64,000 nucleotides of DNA from an uncultured Ignavibacteriales bacterium (GCA_964371785.1 CAYJOL010000004.1:185588-249587); one strand, 5' to 3'; shown: positions 47,673-60,200, numbered from the stretch's first letter. Notes: generated by a model from the letters alone, not told the origin. Numbers and translations are program-made.

Positions 47673-49251
47673 GGAATCCCGTCCATTTCATAGCCAGTAA
47701 GGTAATATCGTCAAATTGCTCGGTATCCCCGACAAATTCAGTATGTTTTCTCATTATGCGGTCTGTGAACTCCGCAGGTGTGTCCGCTCGGGCTCTCACA
47801 ACCGCGTCCATCAGCCGGTCCATACCGAACTCTTCCCCGTTCTTTCCGGGGGCTTCGTTAATCCCGTCGGTGTACTGAACCAGCCAGTCACCGGGGGCCA
47901 AATCTATGACTCCTAATTCGATGCGGCTGTCAAACGGTTCCGGTGGCATCATGCCCAGCGGGTAACCTTTCGTTTTGAAAAGCTCAGCCTGACCGGTCGC
48001 TCCGGATATTTTGATTAGCGGGTTGTGGCCGGCCGAAGCAAAACTGAATTTGCCGGTAGGAATATCAAGGATTCCAAGGAACATCGTCACAAACATACCT
48101 TTTTTGATATTTGTCAGAATCTCACGATTGACTTCCGCCAGCAACTTGTCCGGCTCAATGTTATTTCTCGCTATCCGCTTGACGATATCCCGTGTCAGAA
48201 GCATCACGAGCATACCAGGCAGAGATTTGCCCGAAACATCGGCCACCAAAAACCCTATTCTGTTGTCATCGTACTCAATAAAGTCATAATAATCGCCGCC
48301 CACCTCCCTGGCGCTGCGATATGATCCGGAGAATTCGAACCCCGGTCTGACCGGATAACTACGCGGCAGGATATTGGCCTGAATCTCGCGGGCAATTTCC
48401 AATTCGCGGGCAATCCGCTCCTTCTCAATAATCTCATGTTGAGCCGCGTTCAGCTTCCGGCCCATTACACGAAGCGTCTCGGACAGGTAACCAAACTCAT
48501 TCCGGTTGGTCACCGGGACATCAAAAGCGATATTGTCGAAATTGATCTGTTTGAGCGAATCCGTTATCTGCTTGATCGGCCGAAGTTTCCTATGCAGCAG
48601 AACCATGGTCACCGGTATTCCCACAAGAAGCAGCACAATAGTAATTGTGATGACCGTGACGATCGATTGACGTCGTGCTATCATAATCTGACGGGCGGAA
48701 GAGGCTATCCCCAATTGACCTACCAGAATATCATTCTCCCTGATCGGTACGGTGATGAGTATTGTATCCCTGACCAGTCCAAACGCCTCAGCATCATGCA
48801 GAACATCGCTGAACTGATTCGATTTAACGACTTGAAGGCTGGATGTCGAAATGACTTTCTTGATATCGGTATGGGCAAGGAACCTGCCGTCCCTGTCGGT
48901 TATTCCGACCCAGCGAATGTCCGGATTGTCGGACGCAAGTTTTCGGCATATGTTATTCAGCAACAGAGCATCAGGGCCATTGGTCGACAGTATCAGTTTG
49001 CCGGCCGGTCCGGAATATGAACGCGCCTGGATAAGGAGCTTCTCCACTTCGGCGCGCGTGACGGTCTTTACATATCTATCCGTCATGATATAACCGGCCG
49101 CAATCATCAGCAGAAAAATTATCGCCGATATATACAGTGAGAATTCAACGCGAATCGAACGTTTGAATTGCTTCGGTTCGGGCCAATCGTGCGCAAGCAC
49201 GCTCTTATCGTTCGAATCCATAAGACAGTTCCTGCATTTTGCTGATTTCAT
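47623..49251 (-). CDS. Membrane-bound PP2C (SpoIIE/RsbU-type) phosphatase with extracytoplasmic sensor region and HAMP linker
   Basis: Two TM segments (LYISAIIFLLMIAAGYIM; IVTVITITIVLLLVGIPVTMVLL) bracket a loop of about 150 aa. A HAMP-like region follows (RKLRPIKQITDSLKQI...EFGYLSETLRVM). The PP2C core is GGDYYDFIEYDDNRIGFLVADVSGKSLPG...YTDGINEA. An alternative start at ATG 49221 is possible. Confidence 0.85.
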   Translation of the reverse strand: MKSAKCRNCLMDSNDKSVLAHDWPEPKQFKRSIRVEFSLYISAIIFLLMIAAGYIMTDRYVKTVTRAEVEKLLIQARSYSGPAGKLILSTNGPDALLLNNICRKLASDNPDIRWVGITDRDGRFLAHTDIKKVISTSSLQVVKSNQFSDVLHDAEAFGLVRDTILITVPIRENDILVGQLGIASSARQIMIARRQSIVTVITITIVLLLVGIPVTMVLLHRKLRPIKQITDSLKQINFDNIAFDVPVTNRNEFGYLSETLRVMGRKLNAAQHEIIEKERIARELEIAREIQANILPRSYPVRPGFEFSGSYRSAREVGGDYYDFIEYDDNRIGFLVADVSGKSLPGMLVMLLTRDIVKRIARNNIEPDKLLAEVNREILTNIKKGMFVTMFLGILDIPTGKFSFASAGHNPLIKISGATGQAELFKTKGYPLGMMPPEPFDSRIELGVIDLAPGDWLVQYTDGINEAPGKNGEEFGMDRLMDAVVRARADTPAEFTDRIMRKHTEFVGDTEQFDDITLLAMKWTGFRDDKRVISKESEVHVR

Positions 49252-51229
49252 TCTCGGTCCGCCTGATGTAGTCGGCTATTTCATCGTTGTTGGGCTGGAG
49301 TTGTGCCGCCTTCTTCCAGACGCTTACCGCCTCTTTCAGTTTATTCTGGCCATATAACTCGACACCAACATACTTATATGCGTTAACCAGATAGGTCCTC
49401 ACTGATTGGTAATCCGGTGAGAGAACTTCCACTTTCTCCCAATACTGAATCGCCTGTTTAAGGTCGCCGTTCTTGAAATGCTTCTGGGCAGTTTCATAGT
49501 CCGACTCAACCTCCCGGGTCATTTCAGCGCTGAGCGACTTAGGCAGCTCTTTGGCAACAGCCACTTGCTGACCCGGCTGACCTTTAATCGACTGAGCCGC
49601 CAGAATCTGTCTTCTCAATTCCAGGCAGTAGCCGTGGCCGGCAAACAGTGAAAGAGCCGAGTCAACTGCATTAAGTGCCGACACCAGATTCTCTTGTGCG
49701 AAATCTCGCGCCGCTCTCTGTCGGAACCTCTCGAACTTCACCTTCTTGACCGCCAGTTGAACGCCCTGGTCATCGGGTGCGAATTGAGCAAGTGCGGAAA
49801 CAACTGACTGAGCCTCGTCGGTCTTACCATAACTCAGCAACGAGTCAGCCAGCCAGAGTCGAGTTGAAATTGACTCATCGCGCAGGAAACTCTGCTGAAT
49901 CGCATCGTTGGCCTTAGTCAAAAGTGAGGCTGCTTCAGCCGAATTCAGTCGCTCGTTCAGAGCTATGCCGGCGTAATAACGGACTCCGAGATAATCGGCC
50001 AGCGCCAATCTGGCTTGCGCCGAGTCAATCGCCTGACTGTAGCGCTGTCCGCTGAGCAGATCATTCAGGCGTTGCTTACACTCACTTGCCAGAGCCGAGA
50101 TTGCCGTGGTATCCATATTGCCGCTGCGACTTAAGAACAGGGCACGGTCGAAGGCGCTTGCCGCGCCCGTCAGTTCGCCCTCCCCCAGCATCTGTTTGCC
50201 TTGACGGATTAGATCGCCTATCATCTCGCTGTTGTGTTTTTGTAATTGATCGCTCATCAGTTGGTTGAATTCCTGTTCCTGCTTCCGGGCCCGGGTCTCC
50301 CTTCGAACAGATGCCGGAGCACCGAATGCCGAGGTAAGACTGAACATGTGAACACTCCCCATATCCCGCTGAACGAGCGAATAGTCAAAACTTATTGAGC
50401 GATAGCTCAGCCCCCCTCCCACCGCCAACTTGGAGTCGTTTAAGCCTCCGCGCAACCAGACCGCGTTTAGAAAGCTGTATTCCATGCCGAGCGACAAACG
50501 CGAACTGACCTGATTGGTCTTATCCACGCCGGCGAAGACTGTCGCTTCCTGCTCCCACGACGGATTCGGCAGAATTGTGGCTGAAACGCCGATAGCTACT
50601 TGTGTCGGGAAACTGATATCCTGCTGATCAAGCTTCATCTCCGGTTTTACCGCATTCCGAATCTGCACCGCTAGATCGAACCGGGTCACTCGCTCGGAAC
50701 CTGTCGTAACGGTGCGAATTGCCGCCAGATTCAGTCCCGGTGAAGAGGTTGCTGAATAACTATCAAGCGAGTGTTGCTCCAGCTGGATCGCCAAACCAAT
50801 ATCAAAACCCGAGAGACGGCGTCCGTAGGCAAGGTAAATCGCCATGCGATTATCCGAAGTCTCTCCAAGCAGCAGGTTCGAAGCATCACGCTGTTCGATA
50901 CCGTCGACTCCCAGGCGGAATACTCCGATTCCGAAGGATCCCCAGTCAAGAGTTGGCACCGCCACACCTGCGTATTGATAAGCAACATCCGATTCAAACA
51001 ACCGGGTATAGAATCCGGTAATCGCCGTCCGCTCAGCCCGGGCGAGTCGGGCCGGATTCCAGAACGCCGCCACCGCATCGGCCGGAGCTGTCCACGATGC
51101 ACCGCCGAGCGATAATTCCCTCGCCCCGGCGCCGAATGAGAACGGGGACACCGTGCCGCCGTCGTTTGCGCCCAGACCAACACCCGACAGCGCAAGCAAT
51201 AATCCGATTGACAGTAACCAGCGTTTCAT
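49205..51229 (-). CDS. Fusion of an N-terminal outer-membrane beta-barrel (PorV/PorP-SprF/UPF0164-like) with a C-terminal TPR-repeat region
   Basis: The start is taken at ATG 51229 (MKRWLLSIGLLLALSGVGLGA signal peptide), overlapping the giant gene's stop as ATGA. About 300 aa of alternating beta-strand pattern carry GAGARELSLGGA...AFWNPARLA and end in FSLTSAF. About 350 aa of helical TPR-like repeats follow (e.g. AIQYWEKVEVLSPDYQSVRTYLVNAY, AVSVWKKAAQLQPNNDE). Confidence 0.6.
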   Translation of the reverse strand: MKRWLLSIGLLLALSGVGLGANDGGTVSPFSFGAGARELSLGGASWTAPADAVAAFWNPARLARAERTAITGFYTRLFESDVAYQYAGVAVPTLDWGSFGIGVFRLGVDGIEQRDASNLLLGETSDNRMAIYLAYGRRLSGFDIGLAIQLEQHSLDSYSATSSPGLNLAAIRTVTTGSERVTRFDLAVQIRNAVKPEMKLDQQDISFPTQVAIGVSATILPNPSWEQEATVFAGVDKTNQVSSRLSLGMEYSFLNAVWLRGGLNDSKLAVGGGLSYRSISFDYSLVQRDMGSVHMFSLTSAFGAPASVRRETRARKQEQEFNQLMSDQLQKHNSEMIGDLIRQGKQMLGEGELTGAASAFDRALFLSRSGNMDTTAISALASECKQRLNDLLSGQRYSQAIDSAQARLALADYLGVRYYAGIALNERLNSAEAASLLTKANDAIQQSFLRDESISTRLWLADSLLSYGKTDEAQSVVSALAQFAPDDQGVQLAVKKVKFERFRQRAARDFAQENLVSALNAVDSALSLFAGHGYCLELRRQILAAQSIKGQPGQQVAVAKELPKSLSAEMTREVESDYETAQKHFKNGDLKQAIQYWEKVEVLSPDYQSVRTYLVNAYKYVGVELYGQNKLKEAVSVWKKAAQLQPNNDEIADYIRRTENEISKMQELSYGFER

Positions 51230-54200
51230 CGAAGTACTGCTACCTTCCTGCGGAAGCTCTCCGACTTGCCCGAGGTGTAGTGGGCCGTTATCCGGCAGAA
51301 ATAGGTACCGGGCAATACTTCGCGTCCGGCATCGTTGATTCCTGACCAATGATCGCTCTGGTGCGCACCGGCCACCCTGAATTCGTGGTCCGCTATGGTT
51401 CCCACAAAGTCGCCCGTGATCGAGAACAGGTCGATGTCCACATAGGCATCTTCGGGCAGGACAAAACTGATGGCCGTTTGTTCACCGCGGGACGGATTAA
51501 ACGGATTCGGATAATTCACAAAGGACTGTTCCAGACCCTCACTTGCCACGGACACCTCGATACCACGAACCGGATACGTACCCTCGACCAGTGACGGATA
51601 GATGGCCGTCAGCAAATACTGATCGGACATCTCCAGACAGCTGGAATCCGAAATTATTACCTCAAAATTGCCCTGGTCAGCGTCACTTCTGATATCGCCG
51701 ACAATCTGTAGCGTTTTAGAAGAACCTCGTTCTATAATAGACGGTGACGCCAGTACGAAGACAATGGAATCTCCTTGCAACAGGCTGTCCACCGCCACGA
51801 CCTGACCGTCTACCATCAGAGATATCGAATTCAGAAGGTCCGATGCCCGTGCCGGTGCATATACCGACGACGTATGCCGCAGCAGCGAACCGGTCACCCT
51901 GTTTAGCGCGACATTTCCTTGCAGAATCGGCGACGAGTATGTGAGGTCCGACTCAAAAAGTCTCACGCTCTGCTGACCGCGGCTGACCACCTGAACGGGA
52001 AGCTGGACGGGTGAGACACTCGGTCGACCAGCCGGACGATAAATGGACGTTGTACTTGTCGCTAACGGGTACTGACCTCCGCAGGAAGCGTCAACTACTG
52101 TCGAAACCGTTCGAATCGTGTCGGTGCAGTCCACCGTCCCGATTGTCTCTGCCGATCCCAATACCAGTTTGAAATTGTCAAACGGAACCATGACCTCGAT
52201 GTCTGCCATCAAATCGAGGGTAATGTCTGACCCTGGTGTAACCACCACACCGGTGTCGGAGAAGATGAATTTCGCCGCTCCGTTGTAGAGCAGTATGAAC
52301 TGCTGGTAAGCAATCGAACCACCGTTCATTCGGTAGCCGATTCGGTCAAACATGTCATTTGGATAGAGCGGTTTCCCGACCGAGTCAAGGCAGTCCACCA
52401 CCATATACCTTATCCGAACTGACGAGAAACCGGAGTCGACAGGGTAAGAGAAATTGAGTCTCATGAGCGTCAGTGAGTCAACTCCGGCCACGACCGAAAC
52501 CGGAAGCATCGGAGTCAAGCATATCAGCGGACTTTCGGCCGGCTGCTTAAAATGGGCCACACTAGAAGTTATGGGGAAGGCCTGTCCCGTTGCCAATGTC
52601 GCGGTGTCGCTAGCCGAATTAATGAGCGAGCCGGAGCTCAGATCGCGTACGATGAAGGCGGTGCTATCGGTGATTTCAAGCGAAAAACCGGCAATCACGG
52701 GTACTGCGCTGACATCTACACAGATACTCAAAGAGTCTTCATTGCCGGGACTCAATGTTATGGGAGAACTAAGGGTGAGATGGAGTCGAGTAGAATCAAC
52801 GTCAAACGTCACCTGTTCACCCATTATCGTCTGTCTCCGCATAATACGGACGGTCTCGAATAGATCGCCTGGACTTACGGGCGTGCCGTACTCATCGCGA
52901 AACAGCAGGGATATCGAGCTGAGTTGGATCTGCGAAGTACCCGGCGCACCCGGATGACGCAGGTTCAACTGTTCCACCGCCACATTCCGCTGACCAAAAT
53001 TGACTGCGCCTGACAACAGATTGGTCCACGCAACCATCATTTCCTGCGATGGGTCGTCTACCCGGCATGTTGCAGTTCTCATAGGAAAGCTCGTGCCCGC
53101 TTCATATGGTACGGTCAGCCCAGTGTTGTTGTCTACACAGATGAGATCCGAGGCAACGGAAAGCACCATATCAAATGAAGCCACTGTAGCCGAACTGTCG
53201 ATATCTACCAGCAATGACAAGTTCTTCTGTACTCCCGGCAGGTACACTATCGGACTGTCGAATCTGAAAGTCACCGAAGACTGGCTGGGGACCGAATCGA
53301 TTACCGCCAGCGTTTGGTAGCCGCTTAAGAGCACCATCCGGCTGAATACATTGGACGCAGGACATGGAACTCCTCCGTCGGTTTCGACGGTGAGCGTGAC
53401 GCTGTCTGTCTTCACCATCGCAGTAGTGGAAGTAGTATCCGGTTGAACGATTCTGATATTCAGCGGAAATACGTTGGTTTGCCCTCGGTTGACCGATGGC
53501 GGAATCGAATTTGCGAACTGGATCATCATCTGCGACGGAGAAGACTGGACCGTTATTTCGTCCGTCTGAATAATGACCGAGTATTCGCCGAGCGAAGGGG
53601 CCGTGGCGCGAAGTTGCCAGGATACCCGTCCTACCCGGGCCGCCCTGTAGTAAAACGTAAAATCTGTGCTTTCTCCGGCTCCGAGATTGACCGGCCCGGC
53701 AAAGCCGCTATCGAGCGTCACGACACTTGAATCACTCAGGCCAACAATCAATCCGCTGACGCCATCGACGGCCGAGTCGAGAAGATTGGTGACGATCAAG
53801 TGCAGCGGTATCGATTGGCCTACTGAATACGTTGCCCCCCCCAGCGCGTAAGCTACACGAAGACTCGATGTTGATATCGTGAATTGTCCCCCGATACTCA
53901 TTGCTGCGTCCCTCGGTCCGTCGTTGTCCGACGCATATATACATCCGTTTACCGGAAGCATGAGATCAATCGTCCTGGCCGCATTTGCCGCAGATGCGAT
54001 ATCCGCCACTATCATCAATGCAGGAACCGGGGTTGATACCATGAGGTCCAACGACGACACGGACCACAGCCCCGCGTCAAAATTGAAGGCTCCGATCATC
54101 GAATCCGACGATTGCCAGGCGTCATCGCCATTGAGATCCAACCACAGTTCCATGTTGCTTATGTCCGACGAGTCCGCGTCTCCCCTGTTCGAGACTGTAA

Positions 54201-57200
54201 TTGACGTGATGTCATCCGTCAGACTGCCGTTGGGCGCCGGAACAAAACGAGCCAGCGTGATCGATGTATCGCCGGGACTCACGGAACGTGCTTTTTGGGC
54301 AAGCTTTGTGTACTGAATGCTGATTGAACCGTCGGCCACAAGATATCCGCCTCCGGTAAGCGGAAAATCGCCGTTCACGGTCGCGGCCGGCGTAAAGGTC
54401 AAGTCGATGTTTGACGAAACCTGCAGCCTCAAGCTGTCGCTGTCGATTACATCGAGCGGCACATCACCAACCACAAAGAAGTACGCGAGCGACTCCGGCG
54501 GGAGGATCTGGTTCAGACCATTCAGGTTGAGCAGTCCATCGACAAATGAGCCGGTTGCCACCAACGAATCGCCGCCAAACACCCGGTCATTATCCGTGTC
54601 CATGTATAACGATATCGAGCCGAGTTCATAATCCGAGTACGCCCGACTTGATGCGGTGTGAGAGCTATTGGTCAGACGAATCGCGTCAAGGTCTTGCGGC
54701 TGGCTTACGAATCCGTTGTACAAGGCAAAGGTCAGCAGGACATTCTCATCGCTTCCCGGAGGGAGGGACGATGAACTCTGTGGGATCGCGAACGCGGTTA
54801 CCCGGTCTGATGGAAATACCACCAACTCATTCGGATTGCTCACACCGGTATCATCAGGTCCAATAGTACCGGATGCATATTTCACTCCTTCGGCCGGTAT
54901 CTGTATCTTAATTGTTCCGACATTGAACTGCTTGTCGAGCACATTGACGACCACAAAGAATCGCCTTCCCGGCAGAGGTATGGAGCACGCGAGTTTCGAT
55001 ATACTCCAATTGGAGCCTGAGGCGGTGAAAGCCCCCAGGAGGGAATCATCGGAAGTGAAACCGTCGCCCGTGCGATCGGCAAAGAGCGCGATTGATGAAA
55101 GCGCATCGACTTCATCCAGCGTGCCAATATTGGCAATTGTCAGCTCGTTGAGCACTGCCGGAGAATAACCATTGGACGGTAATGTGAAATCAAGCACTAT
55201 CTTGCGGGATTGTCCGCCGAATAGAGGAGATGATTCGATCGCCCGAATGGCAACTGCCGCGGCAGGAAATGCGTCTATGAGCGAGGAGGCACTATTGATC
55301 AGCGGATAGCTGGCTTCAGTCCGTATCGGAAGATTGAAAAACAGGTCGGTAGAGTCCTGAAGTGAGAGACTGATACGATTGCCGTTTTTACTGTTAGTCA
55401 AACTCATGAAGGCGACGATTGACAGTGTCCGTGTAATTCCGGTCCCCTCAAACGCAAACCCGGATGTCGCAAATGTGGCTCGACCGTTCAGGACGGTTGC
55501 TTTCGCCATTAAGCTGTCCGTACCGCCAATGGCTTGGTTGTTGTCATCGTTGTCCGAATAAAGATAAAGCGAATCTATTTGCGAATCCAACTGCAACTGG
55601 GTGGCGCCACTGGCATCAGTAGCCGTCACCGTTACCGTAAGACTGTCCAATTCGGTACCGGAGGTATAATTATTGACGAGGTTGAATACGAGTAGCGGCG
55701 CCGTCACTGAGCCCGGTATTAGTGTTCCGGCAGGCACATTGACAATACTCAGCCCGACCGACTCGATCGGCTCGATTTGAATCGTGTCAATCGGAAGAAC
55801 AGCGGTATCGATTGGTCCATCGTTACCGGAAGCTACTTCTATGCCGTTTCTCGGGACGAAAAACGAAATGGTCGCGCCGTTTACCGGATATCCGGCTAGC
55901 CTCCCGGCTATATAAAAGCGGGTTTGCGAGGTGGTCAACGGACTCTGCAGCCCGCTGAGCGTCCATCGATCGCCGGTGAATGTCAGCCGGCCCTGACGGG
56001 TCTCCGTCGACGGTCCATTCCACACGTCGTTTCCATTATCGCGATAGAGCATCAATGAATCGAAATCGGAATTAGTGGCGGTACCGGCATTGGCGATGGT
56101 CATGACTTGCAGACTGTCGCTTGTGTATCCGTTACGAGGAAGATCCATTATCATGAGCAGGTAAGTAGAGTCACCCGGCGAGATGAGCCCTGTTCCCGTG
56201 TGTTGCCGCGAAATCTGTGATGCTACCATGCCATCAACAAAACACCAACCCAGGGAGTTCACTGTATCCGGACCGTCGATTGTCGTGCCATCGAGTGTCG
56301 TGATATCAGACGAAGGCAACACCATGACATCCAGCGAGTCCCCATCGCGGGCGAACGAAGAAATCGCGATTGTCGCCAGAAATGTAAGTCCTGACCCGGC
56401 CGGGACTCGGAGTGGCGGAAATGTCAATGTCTGAGGAGAAGCAGTAAAAGGTGTGACCGCAATCAAACTGTCGAAACCATCCAGCGTTGAATCACCATCT
56501 CTGTCGACATAAAGGTAGATCGAATCGATTTCCGCGAGGATTTGAGCTTCGGTTCCCACACCATGAGAATGGTTCCTCAGCGATATGCTGGTCACATCTT
56601 TATCGCGCAGGAAATCGTTCGTCAGCCGAAAAGCGAGGACCTCCACTCCTGACTGTCCCGGGTGAATGGCATTGGTGCCGATCGGAATACTGGTGATTGA
56701 GAGAGCCTCTATGACCACCGCGCCACTGGTATCTGTCACGCCGTCGATACTGCTGCTGGCTGATACATACTCCTGACCCGATGAACCCGCGATAAACGTA
56801 CCTGAAGAGTCAATCGTGCCTTTCCCGTTTCGCAAACCCCAGCTCAGCGTGCCGACATCTGTCAGGTTAAATGAACCGTCGTAACCGACCGCACTGAACA
56901 GTAAGGTGTCACCAATCTTCACTGTAGCCGAGTCAGGTGTTTCGCTCAAGTACATCAACCGACCTGGGGTTACCTGAATGCTGCTAGTAGTATCCGCGAT
57001 TCCGAAAATCTCGCTCACGGCGGCAATTCCTCCGCTGCCGACTGTTAGGGGAATAAATTCTCCGTCGGTATTGATATCACCGATTCCTCCGAGCGTCGAC
57101 CAGTCGATCGGACCAAGCCCCACAGCATTGCCGTCGCCGTCGGTGCCACCTAGCGTAAAGACAAGCGTACTATCAGTGCTGATGACCGCGGAATCCGGAC

Positions 57201-60200
57201 TGATTATCATCGTTATGGGTCGACCTGCCTCCACTTCAAGCACTGACGAGGAATCAATAGGTCCCAATGCGGAGATCACAACCACTCGCGCTGTTCCTGT
57301 AGTGACTGCGTCAAACAGACCCGCGCTGTCAATCGAGCCAATCGCGGACGTCAACGACCAGCTGAGACTTCCGGGATCCTGGCTATTACCGTGAGCATCA
57401 AACCCGCTCACGCTGAACTGCCGCACCGAATCAGCTGAGACAATAGTGGTATCCGGTGAGATCGCAATTTCCTGAAGCGCGCCTGCGGTGACGCTGATGA
57501 AGTCGGACGTATCTGCGAGCGTGAGGCCGGTAAATGCCACCCGACCGTTGCCAACGAGCGTCGGTGAGAACAGGCCGGTGGGGCTGATGGTCCCGATATT
57601 CCCGATGACGGACCAGGTTCCGACTACGCCGACCGATGTCAAATTGTTGTCGGCATCAAATTCGTCGATGCTGAACTGAATGGATGTGTCGGCCGAGACC
57701 GAATCGACCCGTGGTGAGACTGCCAGTCTGGCCGGCATACCCGACTCGCTGGTAATCACACCGGTGGAATCGATAACCGAGGCCGAGTAGGTCGCCACCA
57801 CTCGTCCTGTACCAGGAGTAAAGAGTTCAAGAACGGCCGAAACTCCGTCCGACGTACCTAATCTACCTACCGAATCCGGCCCGAGCATACTCCAGCTTAC
57901 GGAGACATCGCCAAGCAGATTATTTCCGGAATCATAGCCCCTGCAATACAAACTGGTAGTATCATTATCTGTCGAAAGAGTTGAATCGTTAACGGCCGTT
58001 CCGGCCACTGTCTCGATTCTAATGTGATTCAGGGCGCCGCTGGGAATGATCGCCACTGTGCCGGAGTCCCTGAATGACCCGTAATTCGCGATAACATAAA
58101 ACAAAGGCGGAGATGGGTTCGGGCCCGCACGATACATCCCGCCGGGTGCTATACTGCCGCCAGGATCAGTGGTAGTCCAAGTTACCGAGTCCGTGAGGCT
58201 TTTAACCAGATTGGAATCACTGTCATATCCTGTGGCGGAGTATTGATACGATGAATCCTCGATCATTGTGTTCACCGAAGGGGAAACTGCGATATATGCT
58301 GGGACGCCCGGTAACACTGAGATCGTATCGCTGATATTCGATGAGCCCAGGTCGCTGATGACCCGGATGAACCCCGGGCCGGCGTGTGTTGGCGTAAAGA
58401 GACCGGCAGGGTCGATACTTCCGATCCCGTTTAGCACCGACCAGGTCAATGATCCCACATCGGTCACGGGATTACCATTGCTATCTGTACCGATAGCGGC
58501 AAACTGAAGTGAGGAGTCGGCAGACACGGTGTCGCGCGATGGTACAACTGTCAGATTACTCAGCGAACCTGCGACCACGTGCATGACAATAGAAGTGTCT
58601 TTGACGGAATTTATGCTCGACTTGACGATGATTGTCCCGCTACCGATCTGATTCGGAGTGAACAGACCACTGTTGTCGATCGTGCCTGTGGCAAACGTAT
58701 GAGACCACAAAAGACTCCCTGGATTGGCCGGCAGTCCAGCGCTGTCCATCGCAATCACCGTAAACTGGTAAGTGGAATCCGCATACAATGTGTCAAGCTC
58801 CGGAGTTATAAGAAGTGAGATTAGCTCACCAGACTCGTAAGCTCCCATGTCGGGGGCGGAACCGGAATATGGCAGGCCGACGTTCGTTCCCGCATCTATG
58901 CCGGGTGAGCCCTGTGCCATAAAGAAATCCCCTCCCGAAGGATCAAGGAGCTGCGGGTTTTTGATCAGACAACTCAGCCCAAGCAGCGCTCCTCCCGACG
59001 CTGTAGCGCCATTGGCAAAGAACATCGAATAAGTTACTGTGTTGAGGAGCCCGGCCCGAACACCGGCGCTGTCGTGTCCCTGGAAAATGTCGTTGGTGAT
59101 ACTAAGCAGGCCGCCGTCGGTTTTGAAGCCATAGTGCTGGTTGCTGTAGAAAGTATTGTTGTACACGTTTGCGCCCCCGCTTGCAACTTCGTATACCCCC
59201 GAATTCCCATTAAAGGCAAAGACATTTTTTGTCAGATCAACCGGTTGGACCGAGTAAAGACCATAGCGTCCCGCCCCATTCAACCGACAGTATGCTACTG
59301 TCACCCCTGACCCGGTGATCTGTATGTTATCGCTCCCGGCGTCGCTGACGGATATTTGTTCCCAGGAAATGTAGTCGCCTGCTATCCGTACTCCGGTTGT
59401 AAGCCCGTTAGCATTCAGTAGCACCGAATCCAGGACACCGAGGTATACGATGCGATCATCGTTAGCTATACCGGCATCGGAGATGATAACTGAATCAGCG
59501 TAGGTACCGGTCGCCACATGCACCGTATCACCGGGAAACAGAAGGGAATCGGCGCGGCTGATCGTGCGCCAGGCTGTCGCCGTAGACTTGCCGCTCGCAC
59601 TGTCGTCGCCGACAGGTGAAACAAAGTAGACATTGTATTTCTCTTTCGCGCCCATATCGGGGGCAGCGCCGTTGAAAGCGTAGCCGAGTGGAGTCCCGGC
59701 GTCAATTTCCTGGGCGCCGACCTTCAGGTCAAATCGACCGGCGGCCGTATCGACAAATTTAGGAAGCACCGAAATTCCTCCGGCCGAATCGATCACACCC
59801 ACATAATCACCCCCCGGGTTCCCCCATACATTGTTGAAGCCGCAGATGTTTTGAACCGGCCCGGTGATGCCGCGATTCTTGTTCTGGGTGATTATGTTGT
59901 TGAATATCCTGTCGGTCGTCACCGCGGCTTTTAGTTCGATGCCATGGTCGTTGGCAGCATGAATCGTATTGTTGTAAATCCGGTTCATGCTTCCGGAGTC
60001 TTCATTCTTGATGCCGTCGCCGCCACTGGCGTATATCACATTGCCGACCAGCACATTATTGGTGCCGCCGATATGTATCCCAATCTTGTCAATGTCGTGA
60101 ATGTAGCACTGCCTGATAATCGTGAAGTGGCCATTAAGAAGGATACCATCATTGCGCGTGTTGGTAATCTCAATGCCCGCCAGCGAAAGGTAACTGCCTT

